A stretch of 64,000 bases of DNA from Haliotis rufescens (GCF_023055435.1 NW_025963868.1:6944001-7008000), one strand, 5' to 3'; counted from the first letter of the stretch, positions 23,526-38,154 are shown. Program-made: numbers and translations. The notes: generated by a model from the sequence alone, not told the origin.

Positions 23526-24784
23526 GTTTAACGCCGCATTCAGCAATATTCCAGCTATATGACGACGGTCTGTAAATAATCGAATCTGGACCAGACAATC
23601 CAGTGATTGACATCATTAGCATCGATCCACGCAATTGGGATCGATGACATGTATCAACCAAGTCAGCGAGCCTGACCACCCGATCCCGTTAGTCGCCTTT
23701 TACGACAAGCATAGTCGCCTTTTACGGCAAGTATGGGTTGCTGAAGATCTATTCTACCCGGATCTTCACGGGTCCCTACATAACAGGCTGCAAGGCGTCA
23801 CATATAGCTATGAACCATATGCTAGTGTCGATGTATTTTTAAAGACACGTTTTTTGTAATTATTATTTAAATGATTACTTATTAATTTTCAACTAACACG
23901 AGTAAATATTTTCCTTAGTTCCAGCACTGCAAAACATTGTTCCCGTGCTGGACGTCTACCCGGCTCGCTGGACCCTGGTCATCGCCTGGTTCGTCTACTC
24001 CTGGCAGGTCAGCTGGATCATCTACTCTCTGATCCTGGTGTGCAGGTCCAGCCCTCACCCGGTGCTCCTGACCCCCCTCTTCCTTGGTATCTACTTTCTG
24101 GCACTTGTTATCCAGATCGCCATCAACTCAGTAGCCTTCACGGACATCGTGTCCGTATCATTCGTTGGTCTGCTCCTCATCTCTGTTACCCTGTTTGCAT
24201 CTCTAGCCATCTCCTACATAGCTCTGTATCAGAACAGAACTGTTCTGGTTCAACAGAATCGCAGGGTGGACGACGCTCTCATCAGAGGTCTGGTTCAGAA
24301 TGGTATAGGCCTGTACGCTACCTGGACGTCCATGGCTACTTTCATCACGATGGCCGTGTTGGTGGTCTACCGATCTGATCCCATCATAAACCAAAATACT
24401 GCTTCCTCTGTTGTTATTGCCTTTATCGCAGCTTTCCTTGTTGCCTACACTGCAACTGACCTGACTGTCCTGGACAAATACTCCCGCTATACCTTCACCC
24501 CCTATGCTGTTGTCATGTGGGTCTTGATCGGTATTCTGGTCAGCCTGCCTGCTACAAATAGTGCCAACTTCATCGTCACGGCTGTGCTGTTGGGCCTAAC
24601 GATTGTGGCTCTCACTGCCAAGATAACACTTGTTGTTGTCAGAAAGAAGGCGGACCCTGTCCTGCCTCGTATGGCTGTGGTTGCTAGCACGGCTGGGAGT
24701 GACACGAAACCGGACCCAAAACCGGAAGTTCCAAAACCGGAAGTTCCAAAACCGGAAGGTGTTGAAAAGGAGGTTGGCCCATAA
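23184..24784 (+). CDS. Multi-pass (~8 TM) membrane protein 1, 323 aa; uncharacterised family, probably TspO/MBR-related (si:ch211-161h7.5-like)
   Basis: Exon 23184-23289 (MNKQYVQLLALNSAIVVLFIVAITVFIAGIYSNDP, G|gtacag, phase 1) joins exon 23919-24784 in frame. Motifs PARWT..IAW..Y.WQ..W, LVQNGIGLYATW and DKYSRYTFTPY. An acceptor at ~23161 implies a 5'UTR exon upstream. The family name is from memory. Confidence 0.85.
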
Positions 24785-25779
24785 AGTGAAGATTGAAAAT
24801 AGCCGAAACCAGATGAAACCAAAGCATGAGATTTTCTATAATTGAAAACTGATCACGGAGATAGCAAAAACATTGGCTAAATATATGGAATAATAAAAGC
24901 GACAAAATCCTTTCCCTAATAATAAGAAAGCAACACGATATCATTCAATATTACAAGAAGTCTACAAACTATCTGAACAAGTAAACATTCGTGAAGTTGT
25001 CTGGGCCATGGATCCCGTGATCGGTGGTCGGAATACCAGACACCAGATTAAGACACCTTCTTTGCCAACACCGCTACTGCCGGCTTTCATCAAACTACTG
25101 AATGTTTAAAATCGCCTCACTCTCTCTCCTCCTCTCTCTGAGATGAGATATAACTAAAAATACTTTTAAGCAATGTACAACACAAGTCACTTATTCATGC
25201 ATAAATGTATATTTGCACTAGAATTAATAATCTTCCGATTAATGATCGGTATTGGCCTTGGAAAATGTGGTCTGATTTATCACATTTCTTTTCAAAATGT
25301 TATTGGAATATGTTTTAATGTTCAATGAGTCCATGTTGAGTGGGATAGGCACCGACATTTTATGATGTTGCATATGTTTCTTGTCACATAACATTCATGG
25401 TTGGAGCACACACATTCACGTTACCACATTTATTGCTACCAGATTTCTTGATACAAATCTAATTTCACAGTTTGTTAATGCATTTAATATGTTCTATTTG
25501 TTTTGATTTATGAGATTTGTTATAATGTATTCACAAACACAAAATGAAAATTGCCTGTATAGTGTGACTACATTGAAAAACTAAATAAATATGACATTAC
25601 CTAGCTCACTCTTGAAAACCTGATGTGACGAAAACGAGTGTTGCTATGACTTAGGAATGAAAACTCTGCAACTGCGGAAAGAAGAATTCTGTGAAAATAA
25701 CAATAACATTTACATCAAAACCAACTAAATTCGGTTATGAATTGGGAAATTTGTACTCTATGTGAATCTGTATTGAAAT

Positions 25780-25990
25780 CAGATTCCATAGTCCGATTCC
25801 GACTATATCATGAACATGTGTTTAGGAATCACTATCTTACAGTGATGATACCAGGTATTCTCGAAAAGTTGGGCGTATTCTACTCTACAGATGACACTTG
25901 TCAGTATCACCTGCAGAGAAAAATCTATTGTTCACGGGAAAATATGATTCAAGCCAAAATAGTGGATTGCAACAGACATATATTTTGACA
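25780..25990 (+). repeat. Old dispersed repeat, unclassified
   Basis: Motif attccgactatatcatgaacatgtgttt.gaatcac...gatgataccaggt recurs at 16698-16748(+), 45845-45930(-) and 51565-51650(-). Confidence 0.6.
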
Positions 25991-26914
25991 CTCCACATGT
26001 GTACCAAGACACGTTTAAAGATTTAAAGCCTTGATTGTGGTAATCCTGATCAAGCATCTCTAGAGCAAGAGTCATAAGACGTCATTTGGACCTTTCGTAG
26101 AAAGACCTCGATAGAACCAAGTTGTCAAACTCCAAAGGCTGGGGCTGCAGAAATATTGCTCGACATAAAGGAAAAGGAGACTATTGGAAAGTAGAAGTCA
26201 CTCCTCTTTTCCGAAGTGTTATTGAATACGTTCTCATGAAAACAATGTTTACACATGTTAGCTGTCGAATGTTCGCCAAAGTAACAAGGCCACATCTGAG
26301 GTGTTCATTGTTGAACGTTTGCTTATATTAATGATAACACAAAATCAATTTAAACTCGAAATCAGAATAATAAAAAGGCTATCTAAAAAAACATCGAATG
26401 AGATTCGAACTCGTACGACGACATAGTTTTTGATAGATTATCTTAACCCAGAACAACACAATTTAACGTTTGAGACCATTTTGTGTTTTCAAAGTGTTTC
26501 AGTGTAAATTATGTCCATATGGAAGTATATATTTCTAGCTGGTGCCTTTAAATGAATAAAGATTAATTTACTTGCATTTTGATTTCCTGTTGATTGAGGG
26601 ACAGACCACTTTAATAACGGTTGAAAGACTAAACACTTTAATTAAAGGCGAATATGGGATTTGAACCCATAGCCAACTGATCTTGACATGAAACGACCAG
26701 CTGATCTAAAGGACTCGTCACGGTGAATGACATCCACTTTCAACACCAATTTGTTGGTGAGTATTTGTTAACAAGAGAGTATGTTGTGTTTAACGTCTTT
26801 ATAGCAGGTCTGTAATATCACTGCGTCTCAGCTTAATGGTCTAAATAAGAGGTGATGTAAACCAGTATACAATAGAACACTGGGGAACCCACCCTGCTTT
26901 GCAGAACGTGGGTC

Positions 26915-27453
26915 ACTATGCCGGATGTCGCTGGTGTTGACGGGTAATCTGCCGATCTTGTAGAGGTGTGGTGACCCTAGGACGACCGCTCCGAGGAAGA
27001 CCTGTGGTCTGTATAGCATTGTATCGATGCAGGAGAAGGTAAATTGTGGTTATGTTAACGTTGAAATGACGGGCAACATCTTGGACAGACTCTCCAGCTT
27101 CCAAACGTCCGATAGCCTGGTTTCTCTAAATTTGAGTTAGGCGTGGCATTGTTGACCAAGGAGTGGTAGGTCCAAGAATCGGCCACAGTTTTATACCCAC
27201 TACAGTTCGTCACAGTTCGTGCATTTTCGATTTCGCGAGAAATGGTTGCATGAAACCCCCATATTCATTGAAATGGTGCGTTTTGGCGATTCGTTTTTTA
27301 TGTTGCGTTTTTACTCGGGGCTTCCAAAATGCAACCAAAGATATTGATAACAACATCAGGCTTCACTACATGCTAAAACTCGTATCAATTTACGGTTCCG
27401 TGTTTGTTACCTATTTGCTTAAAACCACTTGCGTTTCTTTTGCGTGTGAGTAT
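26915..27453 (-). mobile_element. Tc1-like element 5' part (terminal sequence plus N-terminal HTH), truncated
   Basis: MPRLTQI*RNQAIGRLEAGESVQDVARHFNVNITTIY...PRSGRPRVTT..QDRQI is the paired-like HTH with the GRPR motif and an internal stop. A TIR-like tactcacacgcaaagaaacgca lies at ~27430-27453. Confidence 0.8.
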
Positions 27454-28693
27454 CTATTTTATTCTTTCACCTTTTCAAATGTTTGTCTGTCTGGGATAGC
27501 AAAATAAAATTACTCTACATAATGTTTACTTAAAGTTCGAGGGCCATTGAGTCATCCGTTGTACGAGATACGCGAAGTGCATGGGTCTTTGGTCATGTTG
27601 TCGATAACATTTTTTGTTCGTTTGTTGTTTAACGCCGCACTCAGCAATATCCCAGCTATACGACGGCGGTCTGTAAATACTCGAGTCTGGACCAGACAAT
27701 CCAGTGATTAACATCATGAGAATCGATCCACGCAAATGGGATACGATTACATGCATCAACCAAGTCAGCGAGGCTGACAATCCGATCCCGTTAGTCGCCT
27801 CTTACGACAAGCAAGTCTCCTTTTACGGCAAGCATGGGTTGCTGAAGACCTATCATTCTCACATCTGGGTAGCAACTGTCCGACCCCAAATTGATTGTTT
27901 CCAACGCAGAAAGTAATGAAAGTTGATGTGAACATTTCATCACAAAATCAAACACTCGTGAACAATCGTAAGGAAAATAGCGTTTATTATCATATACAGA
28001 CAAATTACACTCTATCGTTCTCGTACGGGGTGTGCATGCACAACCACCGGTATAGAATACAGAGTATTAGGTACACTGTTCAGAAGTCAGTCGCCATGGC
28101 AATGGCGACGTCAGACTGCAACATTCCAACGCGCGATTCTCCTCTCAACTACATATATCCACAAGGTGTTATGTAGGTAACTAGTCACTATATGGTACTC
28201 GACATCCAGGGGCGTGTCCATTATCAACATCAATTTTATCCTGTCTTAAAGATGGACTGAACTTCAAAAAAATGTTTAAATGCACCCAGTTATGAATCTA
28301 TAATGGCATATGGTTTCTTTTTTGAGAGGCATTTAAAATTTGGTGGACTAAGTAAGAGTAAGATATATGGATGAACAACTTCTTTATTGCAATTGCTTGA
28401 TAAGGGTGTGAGAACCTACACCGAAACGTCGCTCCTAATTGTAATAAAGAAGTTATATCTTATCCTTGCATGACATATGTCGACAAGACGAGAAAAAGTC
28501 GATCTCTTTCGGCTAAATAATTTCTTAACATGGATAGGTTTTTCACGAAATTAGGAAAAACAAACTTCTGACGCCTTGGATCTCTAGTTGGGTTAAGAAT
28601 ATAGACGGGTCTTTATATCTCAGGAACAATTCAATATGAAGTCATCAGGAATATGTTGATTGTTATATACGTGTGGAGGCCAACCAATGAGAG

Positions 28694-31600
28694 CTACGCC
28701 AGACATTGTTTCAGCACGAGGAAGGGAATCAAGGTGAAGGCCGTGAACGTGGCCTTTGATTGGCCGGAGTATGTAGGGAAGCCAGGGTGCCGTGTGGTTT
28801 CCCCCTCTGTCTCCCCCTGGTTGTCGATGTAGAACCACACGTCCATGCCCTGCAGAGGGAGAGGAAGACATTCAAGCAAGAACTGCTCTCGTAATACAGT
28901 AATTAATTTATCAATATAATTGACGACTGGTATTAATTACCGATTGTACATTTATAACATATTAACTGTTAGATAACGGTTTGTATGGAAAGGATTTTGT
29001 CGCTACTAGTTGCTTTCATGTTATAGTATCATAATGTTTGATGTGAAGTGTCGTCAAATATGTATCTAATATATTTGTTATTTCAGTGATTGTTGTTGTT
29101 TGTTGTTTAACGCCGCACTCAGCAATATTCCAGCTATATGACGGCGGTCTGTAAATAATCGAGTCGGGACAAGAAAATCCAGTGACTGACATGCTGACAT
29201 GAGTATCAATCCGCGCAATTGAGATACGATGACATGCATCAACCAAGTCAGCGAGCCTGGCCACCCGATCCCGTTAGTCGCCTTTTACGACAAGCATAGT
29301 CGCCTTTCACGGCAAGCATGGGTTGCTGAAGACCTATCCTACCCCGGATCTAATCTTATTTCAGTGAGTGAGGATTGAGGTGTACATGTACACGTTCACC
29401 GTATTAAACAGTATGTGAATTAGGTCACGTCGTGTAGGCGTGATTGGGGCCGAACATCTGAAGTGATGGAAGCGAGTTAGAACCCACCATCAACGGGTCT
29501 GACATGACTGAACACCCGTGAAGATCCGGGGTGGAGTAGGTCTTCAGCAACCCATTACATGACTGAAGGACGTTGCAGCAAGGAGGAGCAAGAGCTCTGC
29601 GTGTTTTCAAAGTTACATTGTGGGGGATGCGGGAAATAGTCATAAGGTCCATCTACACCCATATCACACGATTGATAGGAGAAATTGTCCTTACATTTCA
29701 TACCCGAGGGCTATTTATAATGCTGAGGCACAAAACGTTGAACCCTGCAAAGAAACTATAACCCTTCTTCATTTTACGTAAAGGGCGGTCGGGTAGCCTA
29801 TGGTTAAAGCGTTCGCTCGTCACGCCGAAGACCCGGGTTCGATTCCCGACGTGGGTCCAATGTGTGAAGCCCATTTCTGGTGTCCCCCGCCGTGATATTG
29901 CTGGAATGTTGTTAAAAGCGGCGTAAAACCAAACTCACTCACTCACTCGTTCACTCATTTTACATAAATAAACGTTAATACATGTATGCACTCGTCCTGA
30001 CTATCATGTAATGGTAAAATGCTGTAAAGGTGTATTACGTACCGAGATTCCGTTCATTGTGCCACATCTGTTGCCCACCACGTACCACATCATACCACGA
30101 TCGACGTTGAAGGTAACGCGGCCGTTACAGGTGACGCTGTCCCCCATGGTGGAGTCGTAACGCTGCATACAGCCGGCTTGGGTCATTCCAACGTCAAGGT
30201 TCAGGATTTGTTGACCGGTGGCGCCGAATTGTAGAACAGACAACTTCTCGTCGCAAGTCTGTCATAAAAGCAAACATACGTACATCTGTGAGTGAGTGAG
30301 GTTTAATTTAACGCCGATTTGAGGAGCATTTCAGTTATATCACGGCATGTCAGCTAGGTGTTGGATGAAAGCCCAAGGTGACGCATGTCCAAGACAATTA
30401 ACACGTTGGTATAAGCCTAAAACATAATCAGGGCGGACGGGGTTTCAATTCCACGAAAGCAGTTCCTGTCAGGCCTAAGGGACGTAACTATGTACAACGA
30501 CTGGGCCATCCGCCCCCAGAAACATACATGATTGATATCAGTTTGAGCTTTGCGGTATTTTTTAAATTGTATTGCCTAAGTACTATTACTATATTCTATT
30601 GTCATCTTTAAAGGTAACATATTTTATCACGTAATGTGTCATGTGAATACAAAAAAGGACCGGTTTTAGAAAAAACAATAGAAAGACCGTTGCTTCCCAT
30701 CAATACATTGTAATGCAGCTCGGTTTGTGAATTGTTGATTTAAAATATTCATTTGTAACATTGAAATGAGGAGATAACTACACTGTGTTTCAATGTAGAG
30801 CAACGATGCAATAATAATAGTTATATTCATAATAATGATGATGATAAAACTAATAATGATAATAAGAAATAGACTACAATTACATCAATCCGCCGAATAG
30901 ATCAGTGTGCGTTCAAATCGTATTCCCAGTTCCCTGAGGAGTGAATAAACGGATCCTGCTTCATCAGGCTTTTGAATGTTTACAGTCATATAATTACCAT
31001 CTCGTCCTACCGGCTGCTAATGTTGGAAAAAATTAACCCGTCGTTTCATCATAATAGCCTCAAGACGTTAAGGTGACACTGACGATACACCCGAAGCCGA
31101 CAATCAGGGCGGAGCTCTCTTAGCTGAACAGTACACTTGACCAATCACGTCACAGACCTCGATACTAATGGCGTCTATTTCGCCGATGTTGACGGGTCAA
31201 GGCAATGGGGTGAAAATCACTCGGTCCCAGTCATGTCAACGCCGATGACGTCACCGCCTGGAAGTGGTTACGCATATGTAACGTGCCCAGATGCCGATTC
31301 TGCTGTGGCGTGGTCACATTTGGCCTCCAGCTTCCGGTCTGCCCCTTGTGTGCCCAGTCTGGTGATACCCCTGAAGTAGTCAGTATCACAGGGATCAGCC
31401 GGCTGCACCCGACCGTTCTTGCAATAGGGATCTACGTGGTTACCATCAGTGCCATTCAAAGACACACACCCCTCTTTGTTCTGCTGATAACCTCGCGTGT
31501 TTTTATGACCTTTGATGTTTTGGGATCCAGCCGTTGCATTTTATATCCGCTATGCAGTTTCATGTCGTGCTGTCACAAACAGACCCGTGTCATAAAAAAA

Positions 31601-34600
31601 TCACGAACAGTCTTTTCTTCTCAAACTATCGAACAGTCAGATGATGTTGGGTGTGTTTGGGGACTCGTTTTCATCCTGAATTCAGTATCCACTAGCCAAT
31701 GTATTAAAAGTTATTTACGATAAAAACATTCTTTCTTTCGATCAGCAGTTTACATAAGAGAACGCATGATGTAGCTGAAGATGATGTGGTTATTGGTTGC
31801 TGAAAGTTTGATCTTGCCCTCAGTGTTTGATGTGAGTGTGTGATTTGCACTTATAAACATTTAACAATCCATATACATGTATACACAAAATACACAATTT
31901 CACTATAATGATATATACAAACATTTTCCCAGATGGCATATATTATCATCGGTTTGGCCAAACCTACGTTATTGTTATTTGCTCTTCTAGAGGAAACAAA
32001 GGTCAATAAATTGTCTGTCCATTTTTGTCTCAGTCTTAGAGATATTTTCAAGAATTTCCGAAGTGCATACAGATATCATGCTGAAGTTTACCCCAAAGGT
32101 TGGTTGGTTGGTTTGTTGTTTAACGCCGCACTCAGCAATATTACAGCTATATGACGGCGGTCTGTAAATAATCGAGTCTGGACCAGACAATTAATCAGAC
32201 CAGTGATTAATGTCATGAGCATAGATCCACGCAATTGGGATCGATGACATGCATCAACCAAGTCAGCGAGCCTGACCACCCGATCCAGTTAGTCGCCTTT
32301 TACGACAAGCATAGTCACCTTTTACGGCAAGCATGGGTTGCTGAAGACCTATTCTACCCCGGATCTTCACGGGTCTTACCCCAAAGGAGAAATCCAGAAC
32401 AGAATAGGTTCAAGCTCAATTTGAGATCATGTACACTGCAGTAAAACAATCTCATGGATGTGAATACTCACCTTGCTTCCTTCGTTCGCCTGGAAGAACT
32501 GTTCTTGTTTGTAGAAAAGGAACTTCATGGGAGCATAGCTCTAAAAAGAAGGAAAGAAAAGTTTGAGAAGAATTAGTGTTATTTTTGTGGTGATATATCA
32601 TTCATAAGACACATGTCCTTGAAAAGGATTCATAATATAATATCCGTAGTCCTGGATTTCCCATGAACATTGATACTTCCCCCGTCGTTCTTGCTGTATA
32701 GGTACAGTGGTAGCTCCTTGGCCATATCTCGCGAAGTGATGAGTTGAGTTCAACGCCGCTTGAACAAAAGTCCAGTTACAACACGGCGTGTCAGCGTGAT
32801 GTGAGTGCAACCCACAAGCACGGGTATGGTCTTGTTAAACCTTGAAACATAATCAGTGTGACCTGACGGTTCTGGCGTGCCCAAGGGACGTTACTCTGCA
32901 CAGCGAGTTGCGGCACCCTTAGACAACAAACACCCACACACCCACCCCACCTACCCTTACCCCTACCCCTTCACCACCTCCACCCGTCCCAACGAAGGAA
33001 TCATCATCTGTGGCATATTGGACTGTCCATCCACCACACAACTGGTCAGTTTGACGCTTCAGCAACCCATGCTTGCCGTAAAGGGCGACTATGCTTGTCG
33101 TAAGAGGCGACTAACGGGATCGGGTGGTCAGACTCGCTGACTTGGTTGATGCATGTCATCGTATCCCAATTGCGTGGATCGATGCTCATGATATCAACCA
33201 CTGGATTGTCTGGTCTAGACTCGATTATTTACAGACCGCCGTCATGTAGCTTGAATATTGCTGAGTGCGGCGTTAAACAACAAACCAACCAACCCTATTG
33301 ATGACGTCTGGGGTATGACAGGGAAGGACGTCATAAGCCGCCGACCACGATGCGTTCTTACCCGAGGAAAGGTGATGTTGTAGTTGAAACGAACGTAGCC
33401 TGATTCGAACGTCCACGTGTCGATCAACTGCCATTCCTGGAAGGGAATAAAGTCACACATCAATTCTGTAATGTGAAGTTCACAAGATCTATACGTTTCC
33501 CATTGGACAAAATACCGGTCACCTGACCTTGAGAAGTTCACCTGAAACGTTCAAACCCATTGGAGGTTTTACGTTTTCCACACGATGGTATGGTATGGTA
33601 TACAAGACTGTAAACACAACCGAACACCTCACAACATCGTCGAACATGACCGAATCATGACAGGAAAAGATCATTGTTTGCGATCATTTAGAATCCTCGG
33701 CAGGATAAAGCCAACGGATAAAAACGATATCCGTTGGGGTCATATGCGGATAGAGATGCAAATATCAAAGGTCACGTAGGGACTACTTTCACTGTTTATA
33801 AACAAACACGGCGTCGCATTCGTCATTCGGCGATCGAGTCAGAATTAACCATCGGGAATCTGGATAAACTACAGGGATAATTGCTATCATTATCAAAAGA
33901 ACAGTCTAATATACTGAAAATCTGTGTCTAACTATGACGTAGCTAAGGCATTTTATAAGTTTTGGCAACTTTGGAGATATACATTTCGAAACAATTTGGC
34001 GAGGGCACGAGACCTAGCCAAGCGTGATCAGTAGCCATATCTGTGCTTGTAGACCTCTGCGGCTTGAAACCTCCTCCACAAATTAAAATAGTTGGATTTG
34101 GCCGAAATATGTTTGAATTGTTACCTTGTTTCGTTTTGTCGCTGTGTGTACATCTGACAACACTTCTTATCGTTATGACAGGACAGACCGACTGTCAACA
34201 ACGTCTGACCGTGGCCGTGACGTCTCATAGACTAGGGTTAGAGTAGTTTCCCTTTGACAAAGGGCAGTTACTCTAGCGGACAGACCGATGGATTACAGCG
34301 AAAGTGTATAAGAAACATATTTCAGTTGGAACTATATTGGCTACTGTCACTGTCCGACTGACACATCACTTACCCTGTGACGTAATAAATATTAATGCGC
34401 GCATTCCAGGAAAACTCGCAATGCTTCGGTAATGTTTGTGAGTGAGGGTAAAGCGATTTTGAAGCACAGAATTAAAGAATGACATTTTATGATAAAGAGG
34501 TTATCACGCTTGTGTGTTTGGGGATGGTATATATCCTGTATTAGGAATAAACACTATGTATTTAGCTCGCCAAGGCTCGCTAAATACAATGTTTATTCCT

Positions 34601-36043
34601 AATGCAGGATATTTACCATCCCCAAACACACTCGCGTGATAACCTCTATATATATACAATCAATACAATGTCAATACAATTGTGGTACATAGTATTCAAG
34701 AAGTGAACATCTTTTCATACATGTAAATTCTTGCCTGTAAAGTCAACGTACTGTATCTATATTATAAGATGCATATAACATGTACGCTCACTAGACTCGG
34801 TGATACATGTATGTATAGTGGTATCTAGTTTCAAAGCCTTGTGTTTGCATTAGGGTATAAAGAATACACTTATAGTTATGTTATTTATTACGAAATACAT
34901 CTATCGCCAATAAGCAATATTGGAGTGGACTCGATTCCGGTGAATCTTGCTTCAGTAAAGTAGTGCTTTATCATACGTAGTCCAGTGTTGATATATACAT
35001 AACAAAACATCATATAATTTCGTGCCGTGAAACTTTTGAAATCTTAACATTAAAGCAGGCACTTAATATAATTGCTTTATATAAACAATATCTCTCGTCA
35101 AGTTTTTTTATGACGCATTTTTATGAAGGGGGAAAAAGCTCTTGACCGCCTCCGTGGTCTAGTGGTAGAGCATCCGCCCGGAGAGCGGAAGTTCCGGGGT
35201 TCGATCCCCGGCCGCGTCATAACAAAAGGTCTTAAAAGATACTTGTTGTTACCCTGCTTGGCGCTCGGCATACAGGGGCAAAAACAAGGACTGGTCGGCT
35301 CGGAGTCAGTATACTGTGTCTGAGTGGGGTATTCATGTTTAACTGCAGCATGGTATCTCAGTGTGCTAGCACTATAAATCGGCATCAGTCCGAAATAGTA
35401 CAAGCAGCCACACACACACACACACATGTGCATGCACGTCGCTATATAAGTGCAATAATCTAGGACGTGACGTTAAACCCGATTTCACCTCACCTCAAGA
35501 TTTTTCGAACAAAGTATCTCCTTGACTCCCTATCTCAAAATATCCCTAAATGCTACCTACATCATTGTCATGTTACCATTACATAAAACATAAGACCTTC
35601 ATCATACTATTTGAGTAAAATTAACTTCCACACATAATTGTGTTTGTTTGTCTGTTGTTAAACGCCTGACTCAACAATATTCCAGCTATATGACGGCGGC
35701 CTGTAAATAATCGAGTCTGGACCAGATAATCCAATGTTTAACATCATGAGCATCGATCTACGCAACTGAGATACGATGACATGGATCAAACGAGTCAGCG
35801 AACCTTATCACTCGATCCCGTTAGTCGCCTCTTACGGCAAGCATGGGTTGCTGAAGACCTATTCTACCCCGGATCTTCTCGGGTCCCCCACATAATTAAT
35901 GTGTACACGGTGAACATCATTGAGATCTGCATGGTCATACTCACACTAGCTGTTTGAAGCCTCCGTTGAGCGACCTTGAAAGTAGCTGACGTGAAGGCTG
36001 ATAAAAAGAGGACACACAGAACGGAAAGAAAGACAGCTGCCAT
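28694..36043 (-). CDS. GOLD-like paralogue B, 204 aa, signal peptide and GPI-anchor-like tail
   Basis: Exons 35945-36043, 33362-33436, 32472-32540, 30043-30258, 28694-28849; all GT-AG, phase 0. Protein: MAAVFLSVLCVLFLSAFTSA-TFKVAQRRLQTAS/EWQLIDTWTFESGYVRFNYNITFPR/SYAPMKFLFYKQEQFFQANEGSK/TCDEKLSVLQFGATGQQILNLDVGMTQAGCMQRYDSTMGDSVTCNGRVTFNVDRGMMWYVVGNRCGTMNGIS/GMDVWFYIDNQGETEGETTRHPGFPTYSGQSKATFTAFTLIPFLVLKQCLA*. Confidence 0.9.
34495..34648. mobile_element. Near-perfect ~150-bp palindrome (hairpin element)
   Basis: agaggttatcacgcttgtgtgtttggggatggta...taccatccccaaacacactcgcgtgataacctct. Confidence 0.8.
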
Positions 36044-36093
36044 CTTGACGTTTCAAAGTTGATCCCGAAATGAGGCGTCTCCTACCAACCCGG

Positions 36094-36106
36094 TCTTTAT
36101 AAAGGC
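36094..36106 (-). promoter_or_regulatory. TATA box of paralogue B
   Basis: gcctttataaag on the minus strand ~55 nt upstream of the ATG. The same 12-mer is at the same distance upstream of paralogue C. Confidence 0.65.
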
Positions 36107-38154
36107 AACCCTGAGACCAAACTGCACATCTTTTGTAAGATGTAACCGTGTTGTCACGTACAGCGAACATGCAGCTAATGACTAATTTGTACTTATGCAT
36201 GAGTGAGTTTGTGTCAAGTTGTTGTCAAGGAAATCATGCTGGGTAGGGGAAACCCAGTAATGGTGACAGTTTGTAGAATTGACAAAGCTGTCTCAGTCCA
36301 ATTAGATATAAACAAGCTTGTTATGTTTAATGGAGTAGATTTATGTTGTGTTCCCGAGAACCGATGTCAGTCAACCTAAGTAATTATTCAGTTGATATTT
36401 ACCAATATGTGACAACGTGTATGCTTCTACATGTTTGTTTGTTGTTTAAGGCCGCACGCAGCAATATTCCAACAATATGACGACGGTCTGTCAATAATCG
36501 AGTCTGGACCAGACAATCGAGTGATTGACATCACGAGCATGATCCACGCAACTGGGTTGGTTGGTTTGTTGTTTAACGCCGCACTCAGCAATATTCCAGC
36601 TATATGACGGCAGTCTGTAAATAATCGAGTCTGGACCAGACAATCCAGTGATTGACATCACGAGCATGATTCACATGCTTCAACCAAGTCAGCGAGCCTG
36701 ACCACCCGATCCCGTTAGTCGCCTTTTACGACGAGAAAAGTCGCCTTTTACGGCAAGCATGAGTTGCTGAAGACCTATTCTACCAATGATCTTCACAGGT
36801 GCCACTCACACGGGAATGCACGTTGCTATATACGTGCAACCCGATTTCAGCTCATCTCACTGTCTCTTATGGCCTGTAAATAACCGAGTCTTGACCTGAC
36901 AATCCAGTGACTGATATTATTTGCAACGCTGCACGCCTTTAGTATACAATGACTCGTTATCAGCCAGGTCGCAAAGCCTGACCGTCCTATCCTATCCTAC
37001 GACCAGAAATACATGGGGATCAATTGTGACCCGGACTCCCAACTGAGATTGACCTTATATCGACTGATTAAACACATTTAGTGACAATACGACTAGAGAG
37101 CATACACATGTGTTTGTTGTTGGTTGGTTTGTTGTTTTACGCCGCACTCAGCAATATTCCAGCTATATGACGGCGGTCTGTAAATAATCGAGTCTGGACC
37201 AGATAATAGAGTGATTAATATCATGAGCATCGATCCACGCAATTGGGATCGATGACATGCCTCAACCAAGTCAGCGAGTCTGACAACCCAATACCGTTAG
37301 TCGCCTCTTACAACAAGCATATGGGTAGCTGAAGACCAATTCTACACCGGATCGTGACGGGTCGGCCTATATTTGTAAACAAGGGTCCTATTCGCAACGG
37401 AGGTTGGTGAATTGTGCACACTGGAGGCCGTAAATAATTGGGTCTTCAGCAACCCATGCTTGCCGTAAAAGGCGACTATGCTTCTCTCGTTAGTTCGTAA
37501 TGTAATACAAACTTTATTCTAAACATTTCAGCATACATGCCAACTTTCAATGTATCTGACATTATCTAAAAACTTTAATTATTACATAACATTTAAAAGT
37601 CTAAAAATGGGACTAGGCTGAAAATGAGTTCAAATGTTTGATGTCATGTATCTCTGTAATAAATATAAGTTGAAGCTTATGTCTTTGCGGTCCTAGGATA
37701 CTGAAGTATTAAAATACAATAAGAAGTCATAATGAGATTTTTCACCTATAAGCTCCCTTAATGATGGTTGTTCACATATATTTTCCTGACTTAACCAAAA
37801 ACGATAACGACCAATAAAGTACAATCTGCCCGAACATGTAATATTTGATATAATTCAGTATCAAACATGTTTTCATTTTAACTATGCGGTGTGGCCCGGT
37901 GCTCACCGTTCATATACCTGGTCTTGAGGGCCGCGCGACCTTGTCCGTATTTTACCTGTTCGTCGGAAGTAGAGATTATCGTCGGTCACAATTTGAACGA
38001 AATTCTGAACACAGTCACGGGTTTTATATTCTTCCTTTGGCTCAATAACATGTCATTGCTGCGTTGTGGTCACAACTACTACAGCCATTTGCTACATTTG
38101 TATGGAGCCTGTTAAACTGAACGTTCTGTTCAGATTGAAATGTTACGTGCGGCA

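Noticed and set aside
23184-24784. 8-TM genes as the missing 7TM half of TMEM145
   Set aside because: They are on the opposite strand, have their own start exons, and their motifs fit a different family.
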